Shown piece by piece: positions 40,991 through 49,280 of a DNA stretch of 64,000 nucleotides. The notes under the pieces are model-generated. The model did not search any database and was not told the DNA's origin. It saw only the letters and a list, made by a program, of their open reading frames with translations. The DNA comes from Chryseobacterium gleum (GTDB lineage Bacteria; Bacteroidota; Bacteroidia; UBA10329), in NCBI GenBank assembly GCA_945903645.1, contig CAMDOM010000013.1, positions 485-64,484 of the forward strand. The letters are read 5' to 3'. The position numbers were made by a program, and so were the translations under genes. Each line of letters begins with the position of its first letter. The first letter of the stretch is position 1.

Positions 40991-41095
40991 ACAAAACCAA
41001 AAATGCTACTAACCTCCGCCCAAGAAACCTACCACTACAATAGGACCAAAGGCCGAGTGGCATTAGCCTTATCTTTGTTTGTTAAAATTTAGGTC

Positions 41096-41332
41096 ATGAC
41101 AGCAAAACAGCTTATAGCGCTACTGCAACAGTTGCCTCCCGATACTCAAATGGTAGTAAGAGGATATGAAGATGGCTACAACGACATATCGCAATTGAAG
41201 CATAGGAAAGTGCAACCCCACGAAGGAAGAGCAGATGACTGGAATGGAAGTTATCAGGATGCTACCAGCACCAAATCGGCAACAATTGCAGTAGAGCTTT
41301 TTGGTAAAAACACAGCGGCTAAATCCAACTAA
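41096..41332 (+). CDS. hypothetical small protein (78 aa), first module of the cassette-like array
   Basis: ORF preceded by a TATCTTTG -7-like box (41070-41077) and followed by repeat R3; no recognisable domain. Confidence 0.4.
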   Translation: MTAKQLIALLQQLPPDTQMVVRGYEDGYNDISQLKHRKVQPHEGRADDWNGSYQDATSTKSATIAVELFGKNTAAKSN

Positions 41333-41440
41333 TGCCCCCGCTGGCGCAAGTGTTCCTAATGCGCTTGGTGCAGCGACCAAAGGGGGTCTCTTTATCCCGT
41401 TCCGTTCCTTTCCGAAGCTTCGGAACTGACATCTGACTAG
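41333..41440. repeat. repeat R3 (CCCCCGCTGG..CAAGTGTTCC..GCGCTTGGTGCAGCG..AAGGGGGTCTCTTTATCC + GTTCC/TTCCGAAGCTTCGGAA palindrome)
   Basis: Imperfect long-range inverted symmetry (ccccc..tgg.cgc..aag / ctt..gcagcg..ccaaaggggg) plus the perfect 16-bp palindrome ttccgaagcttcggaa. Confidence 0.5.
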
Positions 41441-41472
41441 AATACTTATATTTGATTCCAAACTTTTTAGTT

Positions 41473-41703
41473 ATGACCAGACAAGCAATTATTGAACGCA
41501 CCGTAAAGGCGATAAATCAGCTACCTGAGGAAAAAGCGGAAGAAATCTCTGATTTTGCCGATTTTGTCATTAAACGTTATGAGGAAAGTGTTTTGATAAA
41601 AGGAGTGCAGACCCTTAGCGCACAAAGTCATGCATTTGATTTCTTAAACGAGGAAGAGGACCTGTATTCCTTGTCCGACTTAAAAAAGGTGTATAATGGC
41701 TAA
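41473..41703 (+). CDS. putative antitoxin of the MazF/PemK module
   Basis: 76 aa from MTRQAIIERTVKAINQLPEEKAEEISDFADFVIKRYEES... Its 3' end overlaps the toxin start by 8 nt. Tracked ORF begins at TTG 41452; a TATATTTG box at 41447-41454 favours the ATG at 41473. Confidence 0.5.
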   Translation: MTRQAIIERTVKAINQLPEEKAEEISDFADFVIKRYEESVLIKGVQTLSAQSHAFDFLNEEEDLYSLSDLKKVYNG

Positions 41704-42013
41704 AGGTGACGTTGTGTTAGTAACCTTTCCGTTTACAGATTTAACAGGTAGTAAATTACGCCCTGCTGTTGTTTTAACAGAGACATCACTTGATGTAACT
41801 GTTTGCTTTATTACAACCCAAATTGGGTGGCAAGAAAGTACTGATGTAGTACTAAATCCATCTATGGTTTCAGGAATTAGAAAGCAATCGCTTATCAGAA
41901 CAAGTAAAATTGCGACAATAGATCAAACGTTGTGCAAGGGCCTTTTGGGTATTTTGACAGCTATAGAAATTCAAGAGCTTAACCAAAAATTAAAGCAACT
42001 GCTCCAGTTGTAA
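41696..42013 (+). CDS. type II toxin, MazF/PemK family endoribonuclease
   Basis: MAKGDVVLVTFPFTDLTGSKLRPAVVLTE matches the PemK/MazF N-terminal signature (GDIVxVxFPFTDxSGxKxRPAxVL). Confidence 0.8.
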   Translation: MAKGDVVLVTFPFTDLTGSKLRPAVVLTETSLDVTVCFITTQIGWQESTDVVLNPSMVSGIRKQSLIRTSKIATIDQTLCKGLLGILTAIEIQELNQKLKQLLQL

Positions 42014-42039
42014 ATTATGGGCGACCTTTCGTGCTAAGC

Positions 42040-42360
42040 TGTGCAAAGCTGGCTAAGAACAGCTCCCTTTCCGTTCCGTTCCGAAGCTTCGGAACTTCGG
42101 AAACAAGCGAAGTTGCCCCAGCTGGACTAAGTGTTCCTGATGCGCTCATTGAAGAGTTCCGTAGGGTCTCTTCATTGGAATAGTACACGGACGGTTTGTA
42201 ACCGTCCACAACCCCTAGCTTAATTAAGTGTACCCGATGCGCTCGTTGCAGCATTCCGAAGGGGTCTCTTTATCCGAACCCGTTCCGTTCCTTTCCGTTC
42301 CGAAGCTTCGGAACTTCGGAAACAAGCGAAGTTGCACAACAAACCCTAAGCTTTTGTTAC
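42040..42360. repeat. repeat R4: two tandem units of the family (each: GTTCCGAAGCTTCGGAAC palindrome ... CCCCAGCTGGACTAAGTGTTCC.GATGCGCTC.TTG.AG..TTCCG.AGGGGTCTCTT...)
   Basis: Unit a 42046-42210 contains hairpins gaagagttccgtagggtctcttc and ggacggtttgtaaccgtcc. Unit b 42215-42350 repeats the ...TTAAGTGTACCCGATGCGCTCGTTGCAGCATTCCGAAGGGGTCTCTTTATCC.. GTTCCGTTCCTTTCCGTTCCGAAGCTTCGGAAC motif. Confidence 0.55.
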
Positions 42361-42404
42361 CCTTTTAATCATGCCTAAAATGGAGAAAAGCCTACTTTTG
42401 AGAT

Positions 42405-42965
42405 ATGAAAAACATCGATGGTAAAAGCTTGGAAAATGCTTTTCGGTTATTTGAATCGGGTGATATAACCACTATAGAAATTGGCACAACCAAAGGGTTG
42501 CAGCAACTACATCGCTATCTATTTGATGGCCTGTTTGAGTTTGCAGGCGAGTTGCGGACCAAAAACATATCAAAAGGCGGTTTTCGGTTTGCGACAGCTT
42601 TGTATTTGAATGAGATTTTGGCAAAAGTGGAATTGATGCCCGAAAACACATTTGAAGAGATAATTACCAAATATGTAGAAATGAATATTGCCCACCCTTT
42701 TATGGAAGGCAATGGCAGAACAATGCGGATATGGCTCGATATGATTTTGAAAGCACGCCTGCAAAAAATGGTAAATTGGCAGTTTGTGAGTAAAGAACTT
42801 TACCTACAAGCCATGGAACGCAGCCCCATTAACGATTTGGAATTAAGAACCTTGCTTGTTGCCAATTTAACGGACGAAGTAAACAACCGCGAAATCATTT
42901 TTAAGGGCATAGAGCAATCCTATTATTACGAAGGCTACGAAAAAGGAAGCGATGATGAAGAGTAG
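42405..42965 (+). CDS. Fic-family protein (AMPylator/Doc-like toxin fold)
   Basis: Canonical Fic motif [12 protein letters not shown]; 186 aa. Confidence 0.85.
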   Translation: MKNIDGKSLENAFRLFESGDITTIEIGTTKGLQQLHRYLFDGLFEFAGELRTKNISKGGFRFATALYLNEILAKVELMPENTFEEIITKYVEMNIAHPFMEGNGRTMRIWLDMILKARLQKMVNWQFVSKELYLQAMERSPINDLELRTLLVANLTDEVNNREIIFKGIEQSYYYEGYEKGSDDEE

Positions 42966-43025
42966 CCCCAACCGGCTAGTGTTCCCGGGCTTGTTGCAGC
43001 GTTCCTTAGAAAGTAGGGTAATCTT
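42966..43025. repeat. repeat R5 (short member: CCCCAACCGGCTAGTGTTCCCGGGCTTGTTGCAGCGTTCC...)
   Basis: Shares GTGTTCC and GTTGCAGCGTTCC modules with R1/R3/R4. Confidence 0.45.
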
Positions 43026-43112
43026 TCATAATTAAAAATTCCTAATTCCTAGCTCCCTTGCCAAGGTTAGGTGTGGCAATAGCCTTATCTTTGCTTTATA
43101 AATGCATAGGTC

Positions 43113-43530
43113 ATGAGCGAGGAAGACATCCGCTGGAAGCAGCATTTTGCCAATTACGACAGGGCTTTTGAGCGCCTGCACGAATCAATGGAAGAAAAGG
43201 AACTAAACGAGCTGGAGCGCAATGGTTTGGTGCAGCGCTTTGAGTCTACACTCGAGCTGGCCTGGAAAACCATGAAAGATTTTTTAGAAGAAAAGGGCTT
43301 TGCCTTCAAGCCATCGCCCAAAGACACCTTCCGTCAGGCACAGCAAGCGCAATATATTACCTATGCACAAGCGCTCATTGACGGGCTTGACCTTCGCAAC
43401 GAACTAGCGCACGATTATGATGGGTAACAAGTTTCTAAAAGCCGAAACACATCTGCGCACCGAAACCTTTCCTGCGCTCAAAAACCTACACCGTTTCTTT
43501 GTGCAGCAGCTAAACGAAACTTAAGGCAAT
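43113..43530 (+). pseudogene. HEPN-like nucleotidyltransferase substrate-binding protein (HI0074 family) with a +1 frameshift near 43425
   Basis: ORF 43113..43427 (104 aa) ends ...RNELAHDYDG*. The next frame (43426-43527) reads NKFLKAETHLRTETFPALKNLHRFFVQQLNET*, a plausible family C-terminus ending 10 nt before the NTase start. Confidence 0.5.
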
Positions 43531-43537
43531 CTGTTCA

Positions 43538-43915
43538 ATGACTGATAAAATCCCCTCGCTTTACGGTTTAACAGAGCGCAATATTAAAACCCTGTATGCT
43601 GTTTTTAGTAAGTATTCAGATATCAAACAGGTGCATCTGTTCGGCAGTCGCGCCAAAGGCAACTTTAAAATAGGTAGCGATATAGATTTGGCTGTAATGA
43701 ACAAAGAGTTACAAGCCATAACTATAGCCCACGTGCTTGCAGATTGTGCCGAAAGCGACCTACCGGTGGCAGTTGATATAGTAGATTTTAATACCCTTAC
43801 CAACCCCGAATTTATAGACCATATACAGCGCGTAGGTGTTTTGTTTTATCCCCCAGCAGATCTAAGTGTTCCCAATGCTAGTTGCCCCCGCCCGCCAAAG
43901 TCCGTGCGAAGATGA
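43538..43915 (+). CDS. minimal nucleotidyltransferase (MNT; HI0073-like), partner of the HEPN-like protein
   Basis: GSRAKGNFKIGSDIDLAV motif (GSxxxGxxxxxSDxDL). The last ~17 codons (…LSVPNASCPRPPKSVRR) are encoded by repeat R6. Confidence 0.75.
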   Translation: MTDKIPSLYGLTERNIKTLYAVFSKYSDIKQVHLFGSRAKGNFKIGSDIDLAVMNKELQAITIAHVLADCAESDLPVAVDIVDFNTLTNPEFIDHIQRVGVLFYPPADLSVPNASCPRPPKSVRR

Positions 43916-43920
43916 CGCTC
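43850..43920. repeat. repeat R6 overlapping the 3' end of the MNT gene
   Basis: agatctaagtgttcccaatgctagttgcccccgcccgcc carries the CTAAGTGTTCC module. Confidence 0.4.
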
Positions 43921-44048
43921 TCCATACCCAGTAAGGACGAGTGTTTGCTCTTCTAAAATCGTTTCATTTAGCATCATTTACGCTGTTTTACACTCGTTAA
44001 TGCGATTGTTGTTAAGGGTATGCGCAGCTTTGCGGAAAATCACGAACC

Positions 44049-44948
44049 ATGACCTACAATCGTTCAATTTCCACTATGCTCTCCATGCTACTCATCTTTG
44101 GTTCATGCAGCAGTCAAGAAACCGCCAATGAGCAACCAGCAGCGCCTAACAAAGAAGCTGTGAAGAAGCAAACCCACAGCTACGGAGGCTGGTATTGTCC
44201 AGACAATTTCGGTTTTGTTCCTGTGGATATACAAAAGCTTAGTGAAGTTCCTGCCATTGCCAATCGGCTACCAACAGATCAGGAACTGACCGACCACAAA
44301 TCGCTCATCAAAGTCGATACAGCGCTTTATCCCGATGCACGGGCTTTGAACATGAACCTTCCACGTGTAGCTAGCATTTACTCCGAACACAAGGGCATGA
44401 GCGAGCTCATTATCGTCATTCAGGCCATTGTGGTGGAAGAAGATACCGTTGTGGGCTATCGTTTTATGAACGGTGGAAATGGTTCTGCACGGTTGAGCGA
44501 GGTTAGTTTTCTATCGGATGATGCGATTGCAAAGATGGGTTCGCAACCCTTCTTTTATTCCAAGGCGGTGCTCCATGCCACACCTGAGAACATCTGGAAT
44601 GCCCTCATCAAAACCGATTACTTCCTAAAACTTGGGGTGAAATTCGACAGGAAAGTGTTCTTCTCTTCTGCATGGAATCCAAATTCTGAAACGAAATTGA
44701 CTCTAGACACCAAGTCCGAAAAGGCAACAGGCTATGTTGGAGTGGTGTACGGCAATTTTTACTTGCAAATCGATTACCTTAAAGATGAGGTTCATTATTC
44801 AGAGAAGATGCTCCTCGCTGAGAATATGGAAGACCACACCACCGAACTCTACTTTGCAAGCGGTCCTTTCCCAAAGGACTTTGCTAAACAAAAGTTGAAA
44901 TGGGATAATTGGGTTGAAGCAGTGTCGAAGGCCAGCGATACTCACTGA
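44049..44948 (+). CDS. hypothetical lipoprotein
   Basis: Lipobox LIFGSCSS after a hydrophobic leader; 299 aa; no confident domain call. Confidence 0.55.
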   Translation: MTYNRSISTMLSMLLIFGSCSSQETANEQPAAPNKEAVKKQTHSYGGWYCPDNFGFVPVDIQKLSEVPAIANRLPTDQELTDHKSLIKVDTALYPDARALNMNLPRVASIYSEHKGMSELIIVIQAIVVEEDTVVGYRFMNGGNGSARLSEVSFLSDDAIAKMGSQPFFYSKAVLHATPENIWNALIKTDYFLKLGVKFDRKVFFSSAWNPNSETKLTLDTKSEKATGYVGVVYGNFYLQIDYLKDEVHYSEKMLLAENMEDHTTELYFASGPFPKDFAKQKLKWDNWVEAVSKASDTH

Positions 44949-45060
44949 CCCCCGGCTGATGCAGGTGTTCACGCTGGGCTCGTTGCACCGACCAAACCGA
45001 CCAACAGGAGCTCATTGCGGAACGCAATAACGGAGCTCACTGCAGCATGCACAGCCAAAA
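44949..45060. repeat. repeat R7 (~105 bp, imperfect terminal inverted repeats cggctgatgcag...ctgcagcatgcacagcc; internal hairpin attgcg-gaa-cgcaat)
   Basis: cccccggctgatgcaggtgttcacgctgggctcgttgcaccgaccaaaccgaccaacaggagctcattgcggaacgcaataacggagctcactgcagcatgcacagcc. An inverted near-copy is at 53630-53720. Confidence 0.5.
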
Positions 45061-45133
45061 AGTTACGCAGTGCCCCGAGCAACGGAAGTGTTGATTGTAA
45101 GACAGCATTGTTCGAAAAGCATCTGGGAAATGC

Positions 45134-47074
45134 TCAGTTTTTATGTACTACCAATTTAGCAACTTGGCGAACGGCCTGTCCGGTTATCTCAACGAAATAG
45201 AGCCCACTAGCCAAAGACGGTAGCATAAATGCATTATTCTGAATTGCTGAAATCGGGTAGGAATAGACCATCTTTCCGCTAAGATTGTGTAGCTGTATAG
45301 AAGATACCCGAGGATCAACTCGGGATAGCGAAAAAGATTCGGAGACTGGATTTGGGAGAATTTCAATGCGTTCAAACTTCGGATTCTCCGAAATAGAGGT
45401 GATACTATTGTTTGCCGAAATAATTCGAAGTTCTGGATCGAAAACCACATCATTCACCTCAAAGGGCAATGGTGTGGTAAAAACTTGTCCACTAAAGGTA
45501 TGATTGAATGTGATGATGGTATCTTGTGACTGATTTGAAAATCGAATAGGTATCGGAAGTTCAAAGAAGTCTACGCTGCTATGCGATTGGCTTTGATTAA
45601 CAGTTAAACTTACCACACCATTGGGAGTCTGCTGCCAATCAACGGTATACGAAGGGTAGCCCTCACCTGTAAACCAGTCGTCAAAATACCATGAAAGATT
45701 TTGACCACTTGCTGCTTCCATGTTCGCTTTAAGCTCTGGAGTTCGTGCAAATGCGTAGGCATTTCCTGCATCAGTAAGGTAATTGCGCGTGGCAGCAAAA
45801 AATGCGCTATCGCCAATTACCCAGCGCATCATGTGCAATACCATGGCTCCCTTGGCATAAGATAGCCTACCACTAAAAATACGCCCAATATCGGACGTGT
45901 CACCACATAGCACCGAGCCATCTGGTTGGCTTACCACATTGGCAATGCGCTGCTCTTTGAAAGACATCCAGTATTGCGGCAAAAGAAATTCGTAGCACAA
46001 ACCTGAGAGATAGGTAGCGAATCCTTCATTGAGCCAAATATCTTCCCAGCTACCACAGGTCACTTTGTCGCCAAACCAATGATGGGCCAGTTCATGCGCC
46101 ATAAGTTCGTAATTCCAACCTCCCATAAATGTAATGGTTTGATGCTCCATGCCACCGCCCCAACCCATTTGAGCATGACCATATTTCTCCAACTTAAAAG
46201 GATAATCCCCAAAAAGCGATGCATACAGTTGCATTTGCGCCACCACATCTGGTGTTACGCTTTGAGCGGTGGCAAAATCTTCAGGATAAACGTAATTAAC
46301 CACTTCCACGGTGTGATTGTCAAAGGGTACAAGGTTGGTATACACTTCGTAGTCCGTTACTGCCATGCAAATGAGATACGTTGCTATTGGATAGCGATGC
46401 TTCCAATGAAATACTTTGTTGGAACCTTCATCAGTTTCTGAAACCAGAAGCCCATTGCTTACTGCTTTATAGGCTTGTGGAGTGGTAATAAATACATCCA
46501 TAGAATCCACTTTATCTTGCAAATTCTGTTTGCAGGGCCACCAGTCTTTTGCACCATAAGGCTCCGAAAGCGTCCAAATTATAGGGGCTCCATTGTGTGT
46601 AGACTGCACAAACGAACCTAAACCAGTATTTGGAGGCGTTCCTTCATAGTTTATCAATACCGAATCTAGCTGCATTGCAGCAACCTCAATGGGTAAAGTA
46701 ATACGAAGTATATCGCCAGCTATTTGACTAAACTGCGCAGGCGAACCATGATAAGTAACGCTGTTTACTATCAAATCCGTACTCAAATCAAACTCCAAGT
46801 GACTTAAGTTTTCTGTGGGCTTAAAATGAGAACTAACATTTCCCGTTATATAATTCACATTTGGATTCACCTCCCAATCCATTCGCTGATACACAAGGTC
46901 GTAATTGTTTGTTGCCTGGCGTTCGGGCGCCTGCAGCAAGCCCAAATAGGCTTTTTCTTCCAATTCATATAGTCGTGAAAGGTCTGTAGGCTGTGCCAAA
47001 CACATAGTAGAAACTGGGGAAAATAGGAGCGAAGTGATTATAATTCTGAGCATGACATGAAACAGGTTGTTCAA
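45134..47074 (-). CDS. M1-family zinc aminopeptidase with T9SS C-terminal sorting domain
   Basis: HEXXH (HELAHHWFGD) plus downstream WLNEGFATY Glu; signal peptide; C-terminal ~80 aa beta-sandwich CTD (...LYFVEITGQAVRQVAKLVVHK) typical of T9SS type-A cargo. Confidence 0.85.
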   Translation of the reverse strand: MNNLFHVMLRIIITSLLFSPVSTMCLAQPTDLSRLYELEEKAYLGLLQAPERQATNNYDLVYQRMDWEVNPNVNYITGNVSSHFKPTENLSHLEFDLSTDLIVNSVTYHGSPAQFSQIAGDILRITLPIEVAAMQLDSVLINYEGTPPNTGLGSFVQSTHNGAPIIWTLSEPYGAKDWWPCKQNLQDKVDSMDVFITTPQAYKAVSNGLLVSETDEGSNKVFHWKHRYPIATYLICMAVTDYEVYTNLVPFDNHTVEVVNYVYPEDFATAQSVTPDVVAQMQLYASLFGDYPFKLEKYGHAQMGWGGGMEHQTITFMGGWNYELMAHELAHHWFGDKVTCGSWEDIWLNEGFATYLSGLCYEFLLPQYWMSFKEQRIANVVSQPDGSVLCGDTSDIGRIFSGRLSYAKGAMVLHMMRWVIGDSAFFAATRNYLTDAGNAYAFARTPELKANMEAASGQNLSWYFDDWFTGEGYPSYTVDWQQTPNGVVSLTVNQSQSHSSVDFFELPIPIRFSNQSQDTIITFNHTFSGQVFTTPLPFEVNDVVFDPELRIISANNSITSISENPKFERIEILPNPVSESFSLSRVDPRVSSIQLHNLSGKMVYSYPISAIQNNAFMLPSLASGLYFVEITGQAVRQVAKLVVHKN

Positions 47075-47094
47075 ATGTACATGAAAAATGAAGC

Positions 47095-47280
47095 ATCACG
47101 CAGCTAGTAAACCCCCCAGCTGGACTAAGTGTTCCAGCGCTCGTTGAACCAAACGTAGGGAGCTCATTGCGGTATGCAATAACAAAAAGTTCTGGAGTGT
47201 CTGCCCAGCGCTAAGTTGTGACTTCGCAATAATCTCACCCCCACCCAGCCAGACTAAGTGTTTCTTTCCTTAGGCCAAAG
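47095..47280. repeat. repeat R8 (CCCCCCAGCTGGACTAAGTGTTCCAGCGCTCGTTG ... GGGAGCTCATTGCGGTATGCAAT ... CCAGCCAGACTAAGTGTTTC)
   Basis: Contains two ACTAAGTGTT modules and the GAGCTCATTGCGG.A.GCAAT hairpin module shared with R7/R9. Confidence 0.5.
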
Positions 47281-47345
47281 TTTTCTAAGTTCCAAAAAAT
47301 ACTATCTTACTCGCAACTACTATCTATTTAAACACACAATAAACA

Positions 47346-47726
47346 ATGGGATTTTTTTCAGCATTGCTCGGCAACGCGGGCGCAGTAAGTCAAGACGACC
47401 TAAACAAAGAATATGAAACACTACTCTGCGAAGGCGAACAGTTTGAACTTGGATTCAAGCTTATCCGCGACATGTTTCTATTCACCAACAAGCGGCTTAT
47501 CTTAATAGACAAGCAAAGCATCACCAGTAGTAAGGTTGAGTATATGTCGGTGGCATATAAGAGTATATCTCGGTTTAGTGTAGAAACTGCTGGCACCTTT
47601 GACCTTGATGCCGAACTTAAAATCTGGGTATCTAGCGAATTGCAGCCAAGTATTAAGAAGCAGTTTAATAAATCAGTCAATGTCTATGATGTACAACGTG
47701 TGTTAGCTCAGCATGTGCTGCAATAG
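47346..47726 (+). CDS. bacterial PH-domain protein (bPH/YokE-like)
   Basis: 126 aa; FLFTNKRLILIDKQ... pattern typical of bacterial PH (GRAM-like) domains. Confidence 0.5.
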   Translation: MGFFSALLGNAGAVSQDDLNKEYETLLCEGEQFELGFKLIRDMFLFTNKRLILIDKQSITSSKVEYMSVAYKSISRFSVETAGTFDLDAELKIWVSSELQPSIKKQFNKSVNVYDVQRVLAQHVLQ

Positions 47727-47858
47727 ATAATGCTGCAGAAACCTTTGAGCTTGACGAAGGGCAACACCTTGGGTACAGTGAGTGCGCGTGCACCACAACT
47801 GGGTAAAATGGCAACAAATTATGCTGCACAGTAATTTTCGTCAGGGATAGGGTGTGGC

Positions 47859-47884
47859 AAAGCGGCTAATCTTGAACCGCTTTT
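47859..47884. terminator. weak hairpin + T-run between convergent genes (PH-domain gene and mpl)
   Basis: ggcaaagcggctaatcttgaaccgctttt. Confidence 0.3.
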
Positions 47885-47918
47885 AACGAAATACCAAGAT
47901 TTCGGTAATGACTCCAGT

Positions 47919-49280
47919 TTAATTCCCTGCTACTTTACTGGCAAGCTTGCTCAACTCTAACCCGTCAAAATTGCCCGAGCTCATCATAAGCAGATTGCGC
48001 TTACGCCACTTTTCACTCAGCAAGTGTTTGCGCAGTTCTTCGATATCGGTATACACTTCCACATCCTTGCGTCCAAAGGCTTTCTTTACATCCTTTTTAT
48101 GCAGTTCGGGTAGCTTTTTATGCTTCAAAGTATGCGGATTGAAATATACAATGGCCTCATCTGCCGCATCCATGCTGCCAGCATACTCTTTCATAAAGTC
48201 AGCATTGAGCGAACTGAATGTATGCAGTTCCATGCAGGCCGTAAGCTTGCGGTCGGGAAACTGTTCTTTTACTGCGTTTACAGTCGCTTTAAGCTTGGAT
48301 GGCGAATGTGCAAAGTCTTTGAACACTGAAACTCTACCATTTTCTGCTAGTAATTCGAGGCGGTTATTGGCGCCCTTAAAGCTCTGTATAGCTTCATAAA
48401 ACTGCTTGTTGCTTAACCCAACGCTAAGGCAAATTAGCCGCGCTCCATTGAGGTTTGTAAGGTTGTGCTTGCCAAATATCTGCAACGGCACTTTGCCTTC
48501 ATCGGTAAGCAAAAAGGTTTTTCCGTCTTTAGTAATATGCGAAGGCACACTGTAGGGCAATTTTGTTATTTTATTGAGGCATTCATCGGCCACATGGTTC
48601 ACTTCTTCATCGTCTATGCAATAGATAAGTGTGCCGTTTTTCTCAATCAAATCGACAAACATGCTGAATTGCTCTACATAGTTTTCGAAGGTGTGAAACA
48701 CGTTTACATGGTCCCACGCTATGCCACTAATAAGGGCAATGTGCGGTTGATAGAGATGAAACTTTGGGCGTCTATCTATTGGGCTTGAGAGGTATTCGTC
48801 ACCTTCCAACACCACTATTTTGGCTTTGTCGGTAAGGCGTACCATGGTATCGAATCCCGCCAATTGGGCACCCACCATATAGTCGCAATCTACTTTACTG
48901 TGGCTAAGGGCATGCAACACCATTGCGGTGATGGTGGTTTTTCCGTGGCTACCGCCTATCACTATTCGCTTTTTCTTTTTGGTTTGCTCATAGATGTATT
49001 CGGGGTATGAAAAAATACGCAGATTGAGCTCTTGTGCCCGAAGCAATTCGGGATTGTCGGCACGTGCATGCATACCCAATATCACCGCTTCTATATCTGG
49101 CGTAATGCTATCTGCATTCCAACCCATTGTTTCGGGCATTAGCCCAAAAGTAGCCAATCGGGTTTTGGAAGGTTCAAACACTTCATCATCAGAGCCCGAA
49201 ACCTTGTAGCCCATGTGATGCAGCGCCAAAGCCAAATTGTGCATCGCACTTCCTCCAATTGCAATAAAATGAACTCGCAT
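47919..49280 (-). CDS. mpl: Mur-ligase family: UDP-N-acetylmuramate:L-Ala-gamma-D-Glu-meso-DAP ligase (Mpl-like)
   Basis: MRVHFIAIGGSAMHNLALALHHMGYKVSGSDDEVFEPS N-terminus (Mpl/MurC type), central GSHGKTTIT P-loop, Mur ligase C-domain. Confidence 0.75.
   Translation of the reverse strand: MRVHFIAIGGSAMHNLALALHHMGYKVSGSDDEVFEPSKTRLATFGLMPETMGWNADSITPDIEAVILGMHARADNPELLRAQELNLRIFSYPEYIYEQTKKKKRIVIGGSHGKTTITAMVLHALSHSKVDCDYMVGAQLAGFDTMVRLTDKAKIVVLEGDEYLSSPIDRRPKFHLYQPHIALISGIAWDHVNVFHTFENYVEQFSMFVDLIEKNGTLIYCIDDEEVNHVADECLNKITKLPYSVPSHITKDGKTFLLTDEGKVPLQIFGKHNLTNLNGARLICLSVGLSNKQFYEAIQSFKGANNRLELLAENGRVSVFKDFAHSPSKLKATVNAVKEQFPDRKLTACMELHTFSSLNADFMKEYAGSMDAADEAIVYFNPHTLKHKKLPELHKKDVKKAFGRKDVEVYTDIEELRKHLLSEKWRKRNLLMMSSGNFDGLELSKLASKVAGN

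Noticed and set aside
42040-42360. CRISPR array (because of short tandem GTTCC / TTCCGAAGCTTCGGAA repeats)
   Set aside because: No regular repeat-spacer periodicity. The units are variable-length, hairpin-rich and dispersed at gene ends; no cas genes are in the window.
38740-45130. Calling the region a complete integron
   Set aside because: No IntI-type tyrosine recombinase, attI or Pc is present. The repeats lack canonical GTTRRRY / RYYYAAC core sites, and each module carries its own -7 promoter box. It is reported only as a cassette-like array hypothesis.
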